This document shows positions 48,525-59,095 of a stretch of 64,000 nt of DNA, piece by piece. The translations under genes were made by a program, and so were the position numbers. The stretch is from contig OZ240219.1 in the NCBI GenBank assembly GCA_965197645.1, positions 1,696,001 through 1,760,000 on the forward strand, in the 5' to 3' direction. The notes beneath the pieces were generated by a model. That model made no database searches. It was given only the letters and a program-made list of their open reading frames with translations, and was not told where the DNA came from. This stretch comes from Dehalococcoidia bacterium. GTDB lineage: Bacteria > Chloroflexota > Dehalococcoidia > Plut-88900. How positions within the stretch are numbered: the stretch's first letter is position 1; every line of letters starts with the position of its first letter.

Positions 48525-49106
48525 TTACTCTGCGCCCTGCTTGTCCCTATCGACCATATGACCGGTCGGGCTGGGGATGAGGTCGTCAACGAAGAGGGGG
48601 CTCCAGTTGCGTCTCTTGATCTTCCCTTCAAGCTCCACGTCTGCGAGCATCTCGGAGATCGTCTGGCGCCGTACCGGATGCATGTGAGCGGGATCCAGCT
48701 CCACCAACGGGGCCAGGGTGAAGGCCCTTTCGTGTACTCGCGGGTGAGGAATAGTCAGCTGATCGCTATCGACGGTCTCGTCGCCGTAGAAAAGAAGATC
48801 GATGTCTATGGGCCGGGGAGCGTTCCTGAAGCTGAGCAACCTGCCCAACTGCTCTTCGATATGCTTGACGTAGTCCAGCAGTTTGGGAGGGCTGAGATCG
48901 GTGTAGGCGCAACAGACGCAGTTGAGGAACCAGGGCTGGTCCTTGTAGCCGACGGGTTCTGTCTCGTACAGAGAGGAGATACGGGCGACGGTGACATCGG
49001 GTGGCAACAGCTTGAAGGCCTGGGCCAGGTTCGCCTCCTTGTTTCCCACGTTGGAACCCAGTCCCATGTAAACTTTCGTGTGATGGACCAGACTTCTACG
49101 TTCCAT
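48525..49106 (-). CDS. folK: 6-hydroxymethyl-7,8-dihydropterin pyrophosphokinase
   Basis: GLGSNVG, SSLYETEP, PRPIDIDLL, IPHP..ERAF. Confidence 0.94.
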   Translation of the reverse strand: MERRSLVHHTKVYMGLGSNVGNKEANLAQAFKLLPPDVTVARISSLYETEPVGYKDQPWFLNCVCCAYTDLSPPKLLDYVKHIEEQLGRLLSFRNAPRPIDIDLLFYGDETVDSDQLTIPHPRVHERAFTLAPLVELDPAHMHPVRRQTISEMLADVELEGKIKRRNWSPLFVDDLIPSPTGHMVDRDKQGAE

Positions 49107-49974
49107 GGCGCCTCCACTCCGATGTTGATGACCGCCCTCTGACTATGGCATCGGTCATGCGGCAAACCCTGACCATCTGCCGGACATCATGGACGCGGAC
49201 GATGTCCGCTCCGTTGGCTATCGAAAGGGCCACCACCGCTGCCGTGCCCTCGACACGCTGATCCACAGGCAGATCCAGCACCCGGCCTACCATCGACTTT
49301 CTGGATGGACCCACCATAAGCGCGGGAGCGATTCCGACGATCTCGGACAACCGGTGGACCACTTCCAGGTTGTGCTCCATAGTCTTGCCGAAGCCCAGGC
49401 CGGGATCCACTATGACCCTCTCTATTCCAATCCCGTGTTGAACGGCTGTCCGAACGCTTTCCTCCAGCCAGAACCTGACCTCCGAGATCATGTCCGAATA
49501 GTTGGTGCCCTGCTGATTGTGCATCAGGACCACCGGCACGCCTGACTTGGCGACGAGGCTAGCCATGTTGGGGTCGTGCCGGAGGGCCCACTGATCGTTG
49601 ATCATGGATGCGCCGGAGTCCAGGGCTGCCTTGGCTACTTCCGAAGAGAAGGTGTCCACACTGATGGGCAGAGCAGTCTCGTGAGCGATGCGGTCGATGG
49701 CCGGAACGACCCGCTTCAACTCCTCTGCCGGAGCTACCGGTGTGTGGCCCGGGCGAGTGGAGTGGCCGCCAACGTCCAGTATGTCGGCGCCGTCCTCTTC
49801 GAACCGCTTTGCCTGATCAGCGATGGCGTTCAGGTCGCCGCCAAGCCCATCACCCGAGAAGGAATCGGGAGAGACGTTGATGATCCCCATGACGTGGGTC
49901 CGGGACCCCCATCTAAACTCGCGGCCCGGACAAAGGGTTACCGGCCTATCGTCTATTTGAGGGCTGGTGCTCAT
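49096..49974 (-). CDS. folP: Dihydropteroate synthase
   Basis: INVSPDSFS, STRPG, DPGLGFGK, SRKS, VRVHDV. Confidence 0.95.
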   Translation of the reverse strand: MSTSPQIDDRPVTLCPGREFRWGSRTHVMGIINVSPDSFSGDGLGGDLNAIADQAKRFEEDGADILDVGGHSTRPGHTPVAPAEELKRVVPAIDRIAHETALPISVDTFSSEVAKAALDSGASMINDQWALRHDPNMASLVAKSGVPVVLMHNQQGTNYSDMISEVRFWLEESVRTAVQHGIGIERVIVDPGLGFGKTMEHNLEVVHRLSEIVGIAPALMVGPSRKSMVGRVLDLPVDQRVEGTAAVVALSIANGADIVRVHDVRQMVRVCRMTDAIVRGRSSTSEWRRHGT

Positions 49975-50145
49975 TTCCGGTTGGTGAAAGAGGGCTGGCA
50001 GGCAAAGTCATTGTAGCACAAAGGGAGCTAACAGCTTCGGGAACTAGTTGTAAGGGTGGGGATTATCTGATAGCATTACCCAGGTAGCCCATCCGCCCCG
50101 GTCCATGACCGAAAACCCTTCGGAAATTCTGACGCTTACACATAA

Positions 50146-51702
<1,557 letters not shown>

Positions 51703-51879
51703 CATGGAATCGCTTCCAAAATGGCACAGAGCGGCGAATCGGATCGGCGAGGGTTAGGCAAGTGGCGTGGAGAAGAGCCCAGCCGGGAGCCCGAGAGAGG
51801 TGCGAGAGAGTGGAGAGGAATGGGTTGGCGCTCGGAATCCGGAGGAGCCGTGTCAGAGGAGGCCCGAAAACGAGTCGCC

Positions 51880-54147
51880 ATGTCAGATAGACCCGCTGTA
51901 AAGATAACTGACGTAACCTTGAGAGACGGCCACCAGTCGATCCTCGCTACGCGCATGCGCACCGAGGATATGGTCCCTATAGCCGATCAGATCGACAAGA
52001 TGGGCTTCTACTCGGTGGAGATGTGGGGTGGCGCCACCTTCGACGTGGCACACCGGTTCCTGAACGAGGACCCATGGGAGCGGGTGCGGACTCTGAAAAG
52101 GCTGATGCCCAATACCCCGTTCCAGATGCTGCTTCGAGGCCAGAACCTCGTTGGCTACCGGCACTACGCCGACGATGTTGTGAATGCCTTCATCAAGCAG
52201 GCGGCAGCGGTAGGGATTGATATCTTCCGGGTGTTCGATGCTCTAAACGACGAGCGAAACATGGAGTCCAGCTTTGCCGCCATAAAAGAGGCGGGTAAGC
52301 ACGTGCAGGGCACAGTATGCTACTCGCTGACCGAGGAGAGGTTGGGCGGGCCGGTCTTCACCCTGGACTACTATGTTGGCAAGGCCGTGAAGCTGGCGGA
52401 GATGGGGGCCGATAGTCTCTGCATCAAGGACATGAGCGGCCTCATCGGCCCTTACGATGCCTACGATCTGGTCAAAGCCCTCAAAGAGAAGATCAGCATA
52501 CCCATCCAGCTCCACACGCACTACACCAGCGGGATGGCGGCCATGAGCGGCCTCAAGGCCATCGAGGCCGGGCTGGATATACTGGACACGTCGATGGCGC
52601 CCTTTGCCCTTCGATCGTCTCATCCCTCCATTGAAACGATGTCGGCGGCGCTGAAAGACTCTCCCCAGGACCCGCGGCTGGACGTGCGCCGGGCTACCCA
52701 GGTAGGACAACACCTGGAGACGATCTTCCCCAAGTACCGAGACTACCTGGATACGAGTCGGGTGTCGGTGGTCGATACCCAGGTGCTGCGGCACCAGGTG
52801 CCCGGCGGCATGATAAGCAACCTGGCCTCCCAGCTCAGAGAGGCGGACGCCCTCGACAAGCTGGGCCAGGTCCACGAGGAGCTGGTCCAGGTCAGAAAAG
52901 ACCTGGGGTACCCGCCGTTGGTTACGCCCACCAGCCAGATGGTCGGTTCGCAGGCGGTGCAAAACGTGCTGTTCGGGCGGTACAAAGCTATCTCCGGCCA
53001 GGTGAAGGACTATCTGTTCGGGCTGTATGGACGTCCCCCTGCGGAAGTAAATCAAGACCTGTTGAAAGAAGCCCTCAAAGACTATCCCAGGGGCCAGACA
53101 CCAATAACCTCCAGGCCGGCCGACATGCTGGAAGACGAGATGAAGAAGGCCGAGGCGGAAACTAAAGACATAGCCGACGGCGTCGAGGATACGCTGGTCT
53201 ACGTTCTCTTCCCAACCACCGGGATGAGATATCTCAACTGGAAAGCCGGTAAGGAGAAACCTCCGTCTGAGGTCCAGGCTCGGACCTTGGAAGAGGTCAA
53301 GAAAGAAGACGATCTGGTCAAGAATGCCAGGGCGGGCAAGTTGGAAGCCGTAGCTTCCCGGACCGCCGGACCCCGGTCGTTCAACGTCCGGGTTGACGGC
53401 CGGCCGTACCAGGTGGATGTGGAGCCGCTGCCCGACGGCGAGGTCAAGGTGGAGCGGGTCGCACCCGCCGCACAACCCGCACCTGTGCCCAGTCGGCCTC
53501 CGGCCCCGCCGCCTACAACCTCCACAGCACAGCCTGTCCAGCCTCCGGCGCCATCGAGGCCTGCACCCTCGTCGAGGCCCAGCGCATCCCCAGCGGGTGA
53601 CAACGGAAGCATTGTGGCGCCGATGCCGGGCACGCTAATCCGATACGAGGTGGAGGTTGGACAGGAGGTCTCGGCGGGTGAGGTGGTGCTTATTATCGAG
53701 ACTATGAAGATGGAGAACGCGCTGAACGCACCCATCGATGGAAAGGTCACTTCGCTGCCTTGCCAACCCGGCCAGTCCGTGGCTAAAGATGCGGTGCTGG
53801 CGGTTGTGGAAGCGGTCGGCGCCCCCGTTGCTCCGGCGGAGGAAGTGGTGGAGGCCAAGCCGGAACCGGCGCCGCCTGCCCCTGAGCCCCAGCCTGTCGC
53901 GGCGGCTCCCGCCTCTGAGGCCCCGCCCTCGAACGACACCTCGATAAAATCGCCGATGCCCGGCACGCTTATCAGATACGAGGTGGAGGTTGGACAGGAA
54001 GTCACCGAGGGTCAGCCAGTGTTGATAATCGAGACTATGAAGATGGAGAACGCCCTGCCTTCGCCCGTGAACGGCAAGGTTGTATCGCTGCCTTGCCAGC
54101 CGGGACAGTCGGTTCCTAAAGACCATGTGCTGGCCGTTATCGGGTAG
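51880..54147 (+). CDS. Pyruvate/oxaloacetate carboxyltransferase (PycB/OadA/5S-like) with two C-terminal biotinyl domains
   Basis: LRDGHQS, WGGATFD, IKDM, HTH, PGGM, LVTPTSQ; two ETMKME motifs; start 51880 (51850 or 51721 possible). Confidence 0.9.
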   Translation: MSDRPAVKITDVTLRDGHQSILATRMRTEDMVPIADQIDKMGFYSVEMWGGATFDVAHRFLNEDPWERVRTLKRLMPNTPFQMLLRGQNLVGYRHYADDVVNAFIKQAAAVGIDIFRVFDALNDERNMESSFAAIKEAGKHVQGTVCYSLTEERLGGPVFTLDYYVGKAVKLAEMGADSLCIKDMSGLIGPYDAYDLVKALKEKISIPIQLHTHYTSGMAAMSGLKAIEAGLDILDTSMAPFALRSSHPSIETMSAALKDSPQDPRLDVRRATQVGQHLETIFPKYRDYLDTSRVSVVDTQVLRHQVPGGMISNLASQLREADALDKLGQVHEELVQVRKDLGYPPLVTPTSQMVGSQAVQNVLFGRYKAISGQVKDYLFGLYGRPPAEVNQDLLKEALKDYPRGQTPITSRPADMLEDEMKKAEAETKDIADGVEDTLVYVLFPTTGMRYLNWKAGKEKPPSEVQARTLEEVKKEDDLVKNARAGKLEAVASRTAGPRSFNVRVDGRPYQVDVEPLPDGEVKVERVAPAAQPAPVPSRPPAPPPTTSTAQPVQPPAPSRPAPSSRPSASPAGDNGSIVAPMPGTLIRYEVEVGQEVSAGEVVLIIETMKMENALNAPIDGKVTSLPCQPGQSVAKDAVLAVVEAVGAPVAPAEEVVEAKPEPAPPAPEPQPVAAAPASEAPPSNDTSIKSPMPGTLIRYEVEVGQEVTEGQPVLIIETMKMENALPSPVNGKVVSLPCQPGQSVPKDHVLAVIG
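53615..54140 (+). repeat. Intragenic duplication of biotinyl domain
   Basis: Copies start about 53619 and 53952, sharing near-identical DNA (e.g. GATACGAGGTGGAGGTTGGACAGGA, ATCGAGACTATGAAGATGGAGAACGC). Confidence 0.85.
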
Positions 54148-54219
54148 GACCTGGGGTTCGAAACTGCGATTGAAGAACGGCGAGAATAAAGAGAATTTGT
54201 CGAGGGGGAGGAACTCAAC

Positions 54220-55422
54220 GTGGTAGACATGCAGGCCATCAACGCCGCCAAAGAGCACTTTGGGACCGTTCTGGAACAGCAGCTTGCCCGGGTCGAGCGG
54301 ATTAAAGAGAGCGAGGAGGTCACGGACTACACCAAGCTGAATCCGGTCATTATCGGTATTCTGGGGGGCGATGGCATCGGGCCCTTCATCGCCGCCCACG
54401 CCCAGCGGGTCCTCGAGACGATGCTCGCGGAAGAGGTGCAATCGGGCAAAGTGGAGTTCCGCGTGCTTGAAGGCCTGACGATCGAGAACCGTGCCGAACA
54501 CTTGCAGGCCATCCCCGACGACGTGCTGGAGGACATCAAGAACTGCCACGTAACCCTCAAGGGGCCGACCACCACGCCAGAAAAGGGTGACGAATGGCCC
54601 AACATCGAAAGCTGCAACGTAGCCATGAGAAAAGAGCTGGACCTGTACGCCAACATCCGGCCGGTGCGCATTCCCAAAGAGGGGATTGACTGGACCTTTT
54701 TCCGTGAGAATACCGAGGACATCTACGCCGTTGGGAATCAGGGCGTTGGAGTAACCGACGATCTTGCCATCGACTTCCGGGTAATTAGCTCGCCGGGCGC
54801 CGAGAGAATCATCGACGCCGCCTTCCGGTACGCAAAGGACAACGGCAAGGATTCAGTGACGGTCGTTACCAAGGCCAATGTGGTGAAGACCACCGATGGG
54901 CTGTTCTTGGACATGGCCCGTAAGGTAGCGGAGAACTACCCGGACATCTCCTGGGAGGGCTGGTACATCGATATCATGACGGCTAAGCTGATCGACCCCA
55001 AGCGTCGGCAGAGCTTTCAGGTCATTGTGCTACCAAATCTCTACGGGGACATCCTCACCGACGAAGCCGCCGAAATGCAAGGCGGCGTTGGAACGGCCGG
55101 CAGCGCCAACGTGGGGAACAAGTACTCCATGTTCGAGGCTATCCACGGCAGCGCCCCCCGCATGGTCAAAACGGGCCGGGCCCAGTACGCTGACCCCAGC
55201 TCGATGATCCGGGCCGGCGCCATGCTTATGGAGCACATCGGATATCCGGAGCGGGGCCAGAAGCTGAACAAGGCCCTGGACATCTGCGGCCAGTACGAGC
55301 AGAAGGTGGTGCTGACGGGTAGGGACACCGGCGGGACGGGCGATGAGCTCGCCGACTACATCCTCGACACGGTCCAGGCCTCGGACATCGAGTCCCGGTG
55401 GGAGAGCTACGTACACGCCTAA
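54220..55422 (+). CDS. Isocitrate/isopropylmalate dehydrogenase family protein (probably isocitrate dehydrogenase)
   Basis: GDGIGP, KGPTTTP, RENTED, KANV, NLYGDILTDEAA, EAIHGSAP; adjacent to mdh. Confidence 0.85.
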   Translation: MVDMQAINAAKEHFGTVLEQQLARVERIKESEEVTDYTKLNPVIIGILGGDGIGPFIAAHAQRVLETMLAEEVQSGKVEFRVLEGLTIENRAEHLQAIPDDVLEDIKNCHVTLKGPTTTPEKGDEWPNIESCNVAMRKELDLYANIRPVRIPKEGIDWTFFRENTEDIYAVGNQGVGVTDDLAIDFRVISSPGAERIIDAAFRYAKDNGKDSVTVVTKANVVKTTDGLFLDMARKVAENYPDISWEGWYIDIMTAKLIDPKRRQSFQVIVLPNLYGDILTDEAAEMQGGVGTAGSANVGNKYSMFEAIHGSAPRMVKTGRAQYADPSSMIRAGAMLMEHIGYPERGQKLNKALDICGQYEQKVVLTGRDTGGTGDELADYILDTVQASDIESRWESYVHA

Positions 55423-55553
55423 GATGATTCGTTAGAGGCCCGGCGATACGAGGTGCTTTCCTCTCAGTGGAGACCGTTGCCGTATGACCCTGTGCCCTTC
55501 CCACTGAGATGGGGCTGAGTGAAGACAACCAAACCCGAGGGGGTATTATCGGA

Positions 55554-56495
55554 ATGAGAAAGAAGGTAACCATCGTAGGGGCCGGCATGGTCGGCTCCTC
55601 AAGCGCCCAGATGATCGCCGGGCGCGGGTATGCCGATATCGTCTTGATCGATGTAATCGAAGGGTTGCCGCAGGGAAAGGCGCTGGATCTGCTGGAAGCG
55701 GGGCCTGTCGTGGGCTATGACTCCCAGGTTATCGGCAGCAACGACTACGAAGACAGTACCGGTTCTGACATAGCGATTATCACCGCCGGCTTGCCAAGGA
55801 AACCCGGCATGAATCGAGACGATCTCTTGCTGACCAACATGAAAATAGTAACGGAGGTTACCGAGAACCTGGTGAAGCACTCTCCCAACTGCATCTTGAT
55901 GGTGGTGACCAATCCGTTGGATGCCATGGCCTATCTCGCATACAAGTTGAGCGGGTTTCCCCGCGAGCGGGTCGTAGGAATGGCGGGAGTGCTGGATACG
56001 GCCCGATTTAGGACCTTCTTGGCCCTAGAGCTGAATGTATCGGTTGCGGATGTATCGGCCTATGTGCTCGGCGGCCACGGCGATACCATGGTGCCGCTGG
56101 TCAGATACACCACCGTTGGAGGCGTTCCCATAGAGGAACTGATATCCCAGGACAGAATAGACGCCATAGTGCAGCGCACCAGGACCGGCGGCGCTGAGAT
56201 AGTGCGGCATCTGAAGACGGGGAGCGCCTTCTACGCTCCTGCCGCGGCGATAACCCAGATGGTGGACGCCATAGTCCTCGACAAAAACCAGGTGTTGCCC
56301 TGTGCCGTTTACCTTCAGGGCGAGTACGGCATCAACGACCTGTTCGTGGGGGCGCCGATCAAGCTGGGCGCTGGAGGCGTCAAGGAGATAATCGAGATAA
56401 AGCTCTCCAGCCAGGAGAAGGAGGCCCTAAACAACTCGGCAGAGGCCGTACGGGACCTGGTGGAGGTTATGAGGGCTAAGGAATCCGTAGCATAA
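55554..56495 (+). CDS. mdh: Malate dehydrogenase (LDH-like)
   Basis: [35 protein letters not shown]. Confidence 0.94.
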   Translation: MRKKVTIVGAGMVGSSSAQMIAGRGYADIVLIDVIEGLPQGKALDLLEAGPVVGYDSQVIGSNDYEDSTGSDIAIITAGLPRKPGMNRDDLLLTNMKIVTEVTENLVKHSPNCILMVVTNPLDAMAYLAYKLSGFPRERVVGMAGVLDTARFRTFLALELNVSVADVSAYVLGGHGDTMVPLVRYTTVGGVPIEELISQDRIDAIVQRTRTGGAEIVRHLKTGSAFYAPAAAITQMVDAIVLDKNQVLPCAVYLQGEYGINDLFVGAPIKLGAGGVKEIIEIKLSSQEKEALNNSAEAVRDLVEVMRAKESVA

Positions 56496-56641
56496 GCAGG
56501 TTACATATGCAGGTAGAAGGGACGGCCTCGATGTATCAAGACCGCCCCTTTTTGTTTGGATTCGGAGACGTCGGAAGATATCCGTTGGTGGGATCGGCCG
56601 CCTACTGGTAAACTTACCAGACCCGTTCGAGGAGGTAGGAG

Positions 56642-57001
56642 ATGGTAAAGACCAAGGGGCTTACCCATCTGAACCTGTCGGTCAAGGACATTCACAAGTC
56701 GCTCAAGTTCTATCAGGAAGCCTTCGGGATGGAGGTGCAGTTCTGGGTGGAGGACAACATGGTGTTCCTGAACACCCCCGGCTGCAACGACACCTTCACG
56801 CTCCAGCAGGCCCAGGAAGGCGAACAGGTTGGACCGGGAGGCGGGTTCAGCCACTTCGGATTCCAGCTGGATGGAGACTTGGACCAGGCGATCAGCGAGG
56901 TACAAGCGGCCGGAGGGGAGCTGATGAACCGGGGAGAGCACGCACCGGGACAGCCCTACGCTTACTTCAAAGACTTCGATGGATACGTCATAGAAATCTA
57001 A
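56642..57001 (+). CDS. VOC/glyoxalase family protein
   Basis: HLNLSV..FY..FG, HFGF, YFKDFDGYVIE; RBS GGAGG. Confidence 0.88.
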   Translation: MVKTKGLTHLNLSVKDIHKSLKFYQEAFGMEVQFWVEDNMVFLNTPGCNDTFTLQQAQEGEQVGPGGGFSHFGFQLDGDLDQAISEVQAAGGELMNRGEHAPGQPYAYFKDFDGYVIEI

Positions 57002-57047
57002 GGGCCGCTGGATAACTCAGGTGCGCCCAATACGTTAACATCTATCT

Positions 57048-58079
57048 ATGAGGTTCCGGTGGGCGAATCTGCTCCTTCTCTTATTGTTGGCCTCCGAGTT
57101 GGTCACAGGGCTGCTCAGCTACACCTCGGGGTCTGCAGGGCAGAAGTACTTCGTAGACCTGCACGGCATCGGGGGCTGGGCGATAGTGGGGGTACTGGTC
57201 TGGAAGTACCAGAACATTCTCCCGGCCCTCAAATCAGACCGGAGGCTGACGGCATCCCGGTTGGCCTTTCTGTTGCTTCTAGCACTCCTTGTCGCGACGA
57301 TGGCGGCGGGCATCCTGTGGACCTTCACCAACCCGCCGAGGATACTGGGGATCAGTGTGATCACCTGGCACGTGATTCTGGGGGTGGGCCTCACGCCGTT
57401 CCTGCTCTGGCACCTGGTAGTGCGGCGTCGCGGGTTGCCCTCCCTGAGCTACACCGAGGGACGGCGCACCTTCCTCAGGTTTTCCGCCCTGGGTCTGGCG
57501 GGTCTGGCGCTGTGGAGGGTTACGGACGTGGTCAAAGGGCCGTTGGGCGTGGCCGGGGCCGCTCGGCGGCACACCGGCTCCTATGAGAGGGGAAGCTTCT
57601 CGGGTAATCAGTTCCCGGTAACGTCGTGGCTGTTCGATAACCCTGCTCCTGTAGACGTCTCCGCCTGGAAGTTGAGGGTGGACGGCGCCGTCGACCAACC
57701 GCTGGAGCTGACCTACGATCAGCTGGTCCAGGACGCCGAGATCACCGCCACCCTCGATTGCACCGGCGGTTGGTACTCGACCCAGGAATGGCAGGGCATA
57801 GCCGTGTCTCGACTGCTGACGAGAGCCAGACCGATGTCAGAAGCCGAAAGCGTTACCTTCTGGTCGACGACGGGGTACTACCGGCGGTACTCGTTGGCCG
57901 ATGCGCGAAGTTCGTTGCTGGCGACACACGTAGGCGGCGAAAAGCTGGCCCACTCCCACGGGTTCCCGTTGAGGTTGGTCGGGCCGGGCAAGCGAGGCTT
58001 CAACTGGGTCAAGTGGGTTCACCGGATTGAGGTAAACACCACCTCGAGCTGGCTCCAGCCGCCCCTTCCCCTGCAGTAG
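57048..58079 (+). CDS. Membrane-anchored sulfite-oxidase-family molybdoenzyme
   Basis: Four N-terminal TMs, internal RRTFL, LDCTGGW Mo-ligand Cys, HGFPLRL..GFNWVKW. Confidence 0.82.
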   Translation: MRFRWANLLLLLLLASELVTGLLSYTSGSAGQKYFVDLHGIGGWAIVGVLVWKYQNILPALKSDRRLTASRLAFLLLLALLVATMAAGILWTFTNPPRILGISVITWHVILGVGLTPFLLWHLVVRRRGLPSLSYTEGRRTFLRFSALGLAGLALWRVTDVVKGPLGVAGAARRHTGSYERGSFSGNQFPVTSWLFDNPAPVDVSAWKLRVDGAVDQPLELTYDQLVQDAEITATLDCTGGWYSTQEWQGIAVSRLLTRARPMSEAESVTFWSTTGYYRRYSLADARSSLLATHVGGEKLAHSHGFPLRLVGPGKRGFNWVKWVHRIEVNTTSSWLQPPLPLQ

Positions 58080-58080
58080 G

Positions 58081-59013
58081 TTAGTCGCCGAAGGCGTCTT
58101 GGTAACGGGTGTTGAACTCCTCCGGGGTGAAGGAGTACTCCTGCGGGCCCTGCACCTCTATGGCGAAGGAGGCGCATACAGCACCCATCTGGGCCGCTTC
58201 GACCAGGCTCCTTCCCTCGACAAGCCCCTTGATAAGCCCACCCCGGTAGGCGTCTCCGGCGCCGGTGGGGTCGACCAGGGTGTCGGGGCGGGGTATGGGG
58301 GCGATCGGCAGGTCTTCGGCCTCGGTGGTTATCACCGATCCCTCCTCCCCTTTGGTGGTGATGATAGATCCCGTCAGGGCAAGCAGCTGGTCCTTGGACA
58401 GGCCGGTCTTGGTCTTGACCATCTCCAGCTCGTAGTCGTTGGAGATGAGGACTTGGGAGCCCTGGATGCACTCGGCCATTCGGTCGCCGTCCCAGATGGG
58501 TATCGATTGGCCGGGGTCGAAGATGAAGTTGGTGCCCTTGGACTGGTACACCCTGGAATAGGCCATCATGTCGTCCAGGTTGCCGGGCGCCACGATGCCT
58601 ATGCTGGCGACAGCGTCGGCGGACTCGAGGTCGAACTGGGAGGCGAGCTTCATGGCCCCCGCGTTGAATGCGGTAATCTGATTATCGGCCATGTCGGTGG
58701 TGATGTAGGCGCTGGCCGTGGCCTCCTCATCGATGATGCGGATGCTGTCCCGGGATATGTTGTGCTGATCCAGCCACTGGAAGTAGCGATCGTAGTCGTG
58801 GCCGATGGTGGCCATGATGGTGGGGTCCTCACCCATCAGCGATAGGGCATAGGCGATGTTGCCTGCCGTACCCCCCGGGCGTTCGGTGAGTCCGTTCACC
58901 GGGAAGCTGACGTTGATCATGTGCAGCTTGTCCGGCATCAGATGGTCGGAGAAGCGGCCGGGAAAGACCATGATACGGTCGTAGGCGATGGAACCCGATA
59001 CGTATATCTGCAT
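58081..59013 (-). CDS. PfkB carbohydrate kinase (adenosine kinase-like)
   Basis: GSIAYD, GGTAGNIA, FDPGQ, NDYE, DPTGAGDAYRGG. Confidence 0.88.
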   Translation of the reverse strand: MQIYVSGSIAYDRIMVFPGRFSDHLMPDKLHMINVSFPVNGLTERPGGTAGNIAYALSLMGEDPTIMATIGHDYDRYFQWLDQHNISRDSIRIIDEEATASAYITTDMADNQITAFNAGAMKLASQFDLESADAVASIGIVAPGNLDDMMAYSRVYQSKGTNFIFDPGQSIPIWDGDRMAECIQGSQVLISNDYELEMVKTKTGLSKDQLLALTGSIITTKGEEGSVITTEAEDLPIAPIPRPDTLVDPTGAGDAYRGGLIKGLVEGRSLVEAAQMGAVCASFAIEVQGPQEYSFTPEEFNTRYQDAFGD

Positions 59014-59095
59014 GGCGGATCAGAAGGGCTGTTGCACCGCAGAGATGGTACTTGCGCCGGTTGGAGGTGTCAATACGAGTTTCACAGCCTGGAGG

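Noticed and set aside
55462-55509. 9-bp inverted repeat upstream of mdh as a riboswitch
   Set aside because: No match to riboswitch consensus I know; a single stem is insufficient
56517-56558. Rho-independent terminator after mdh
   Set aside because: T-tract present but the stem has three A-C mismatches on the + strand (it pairs better on the minus strand); too ambiguous to call
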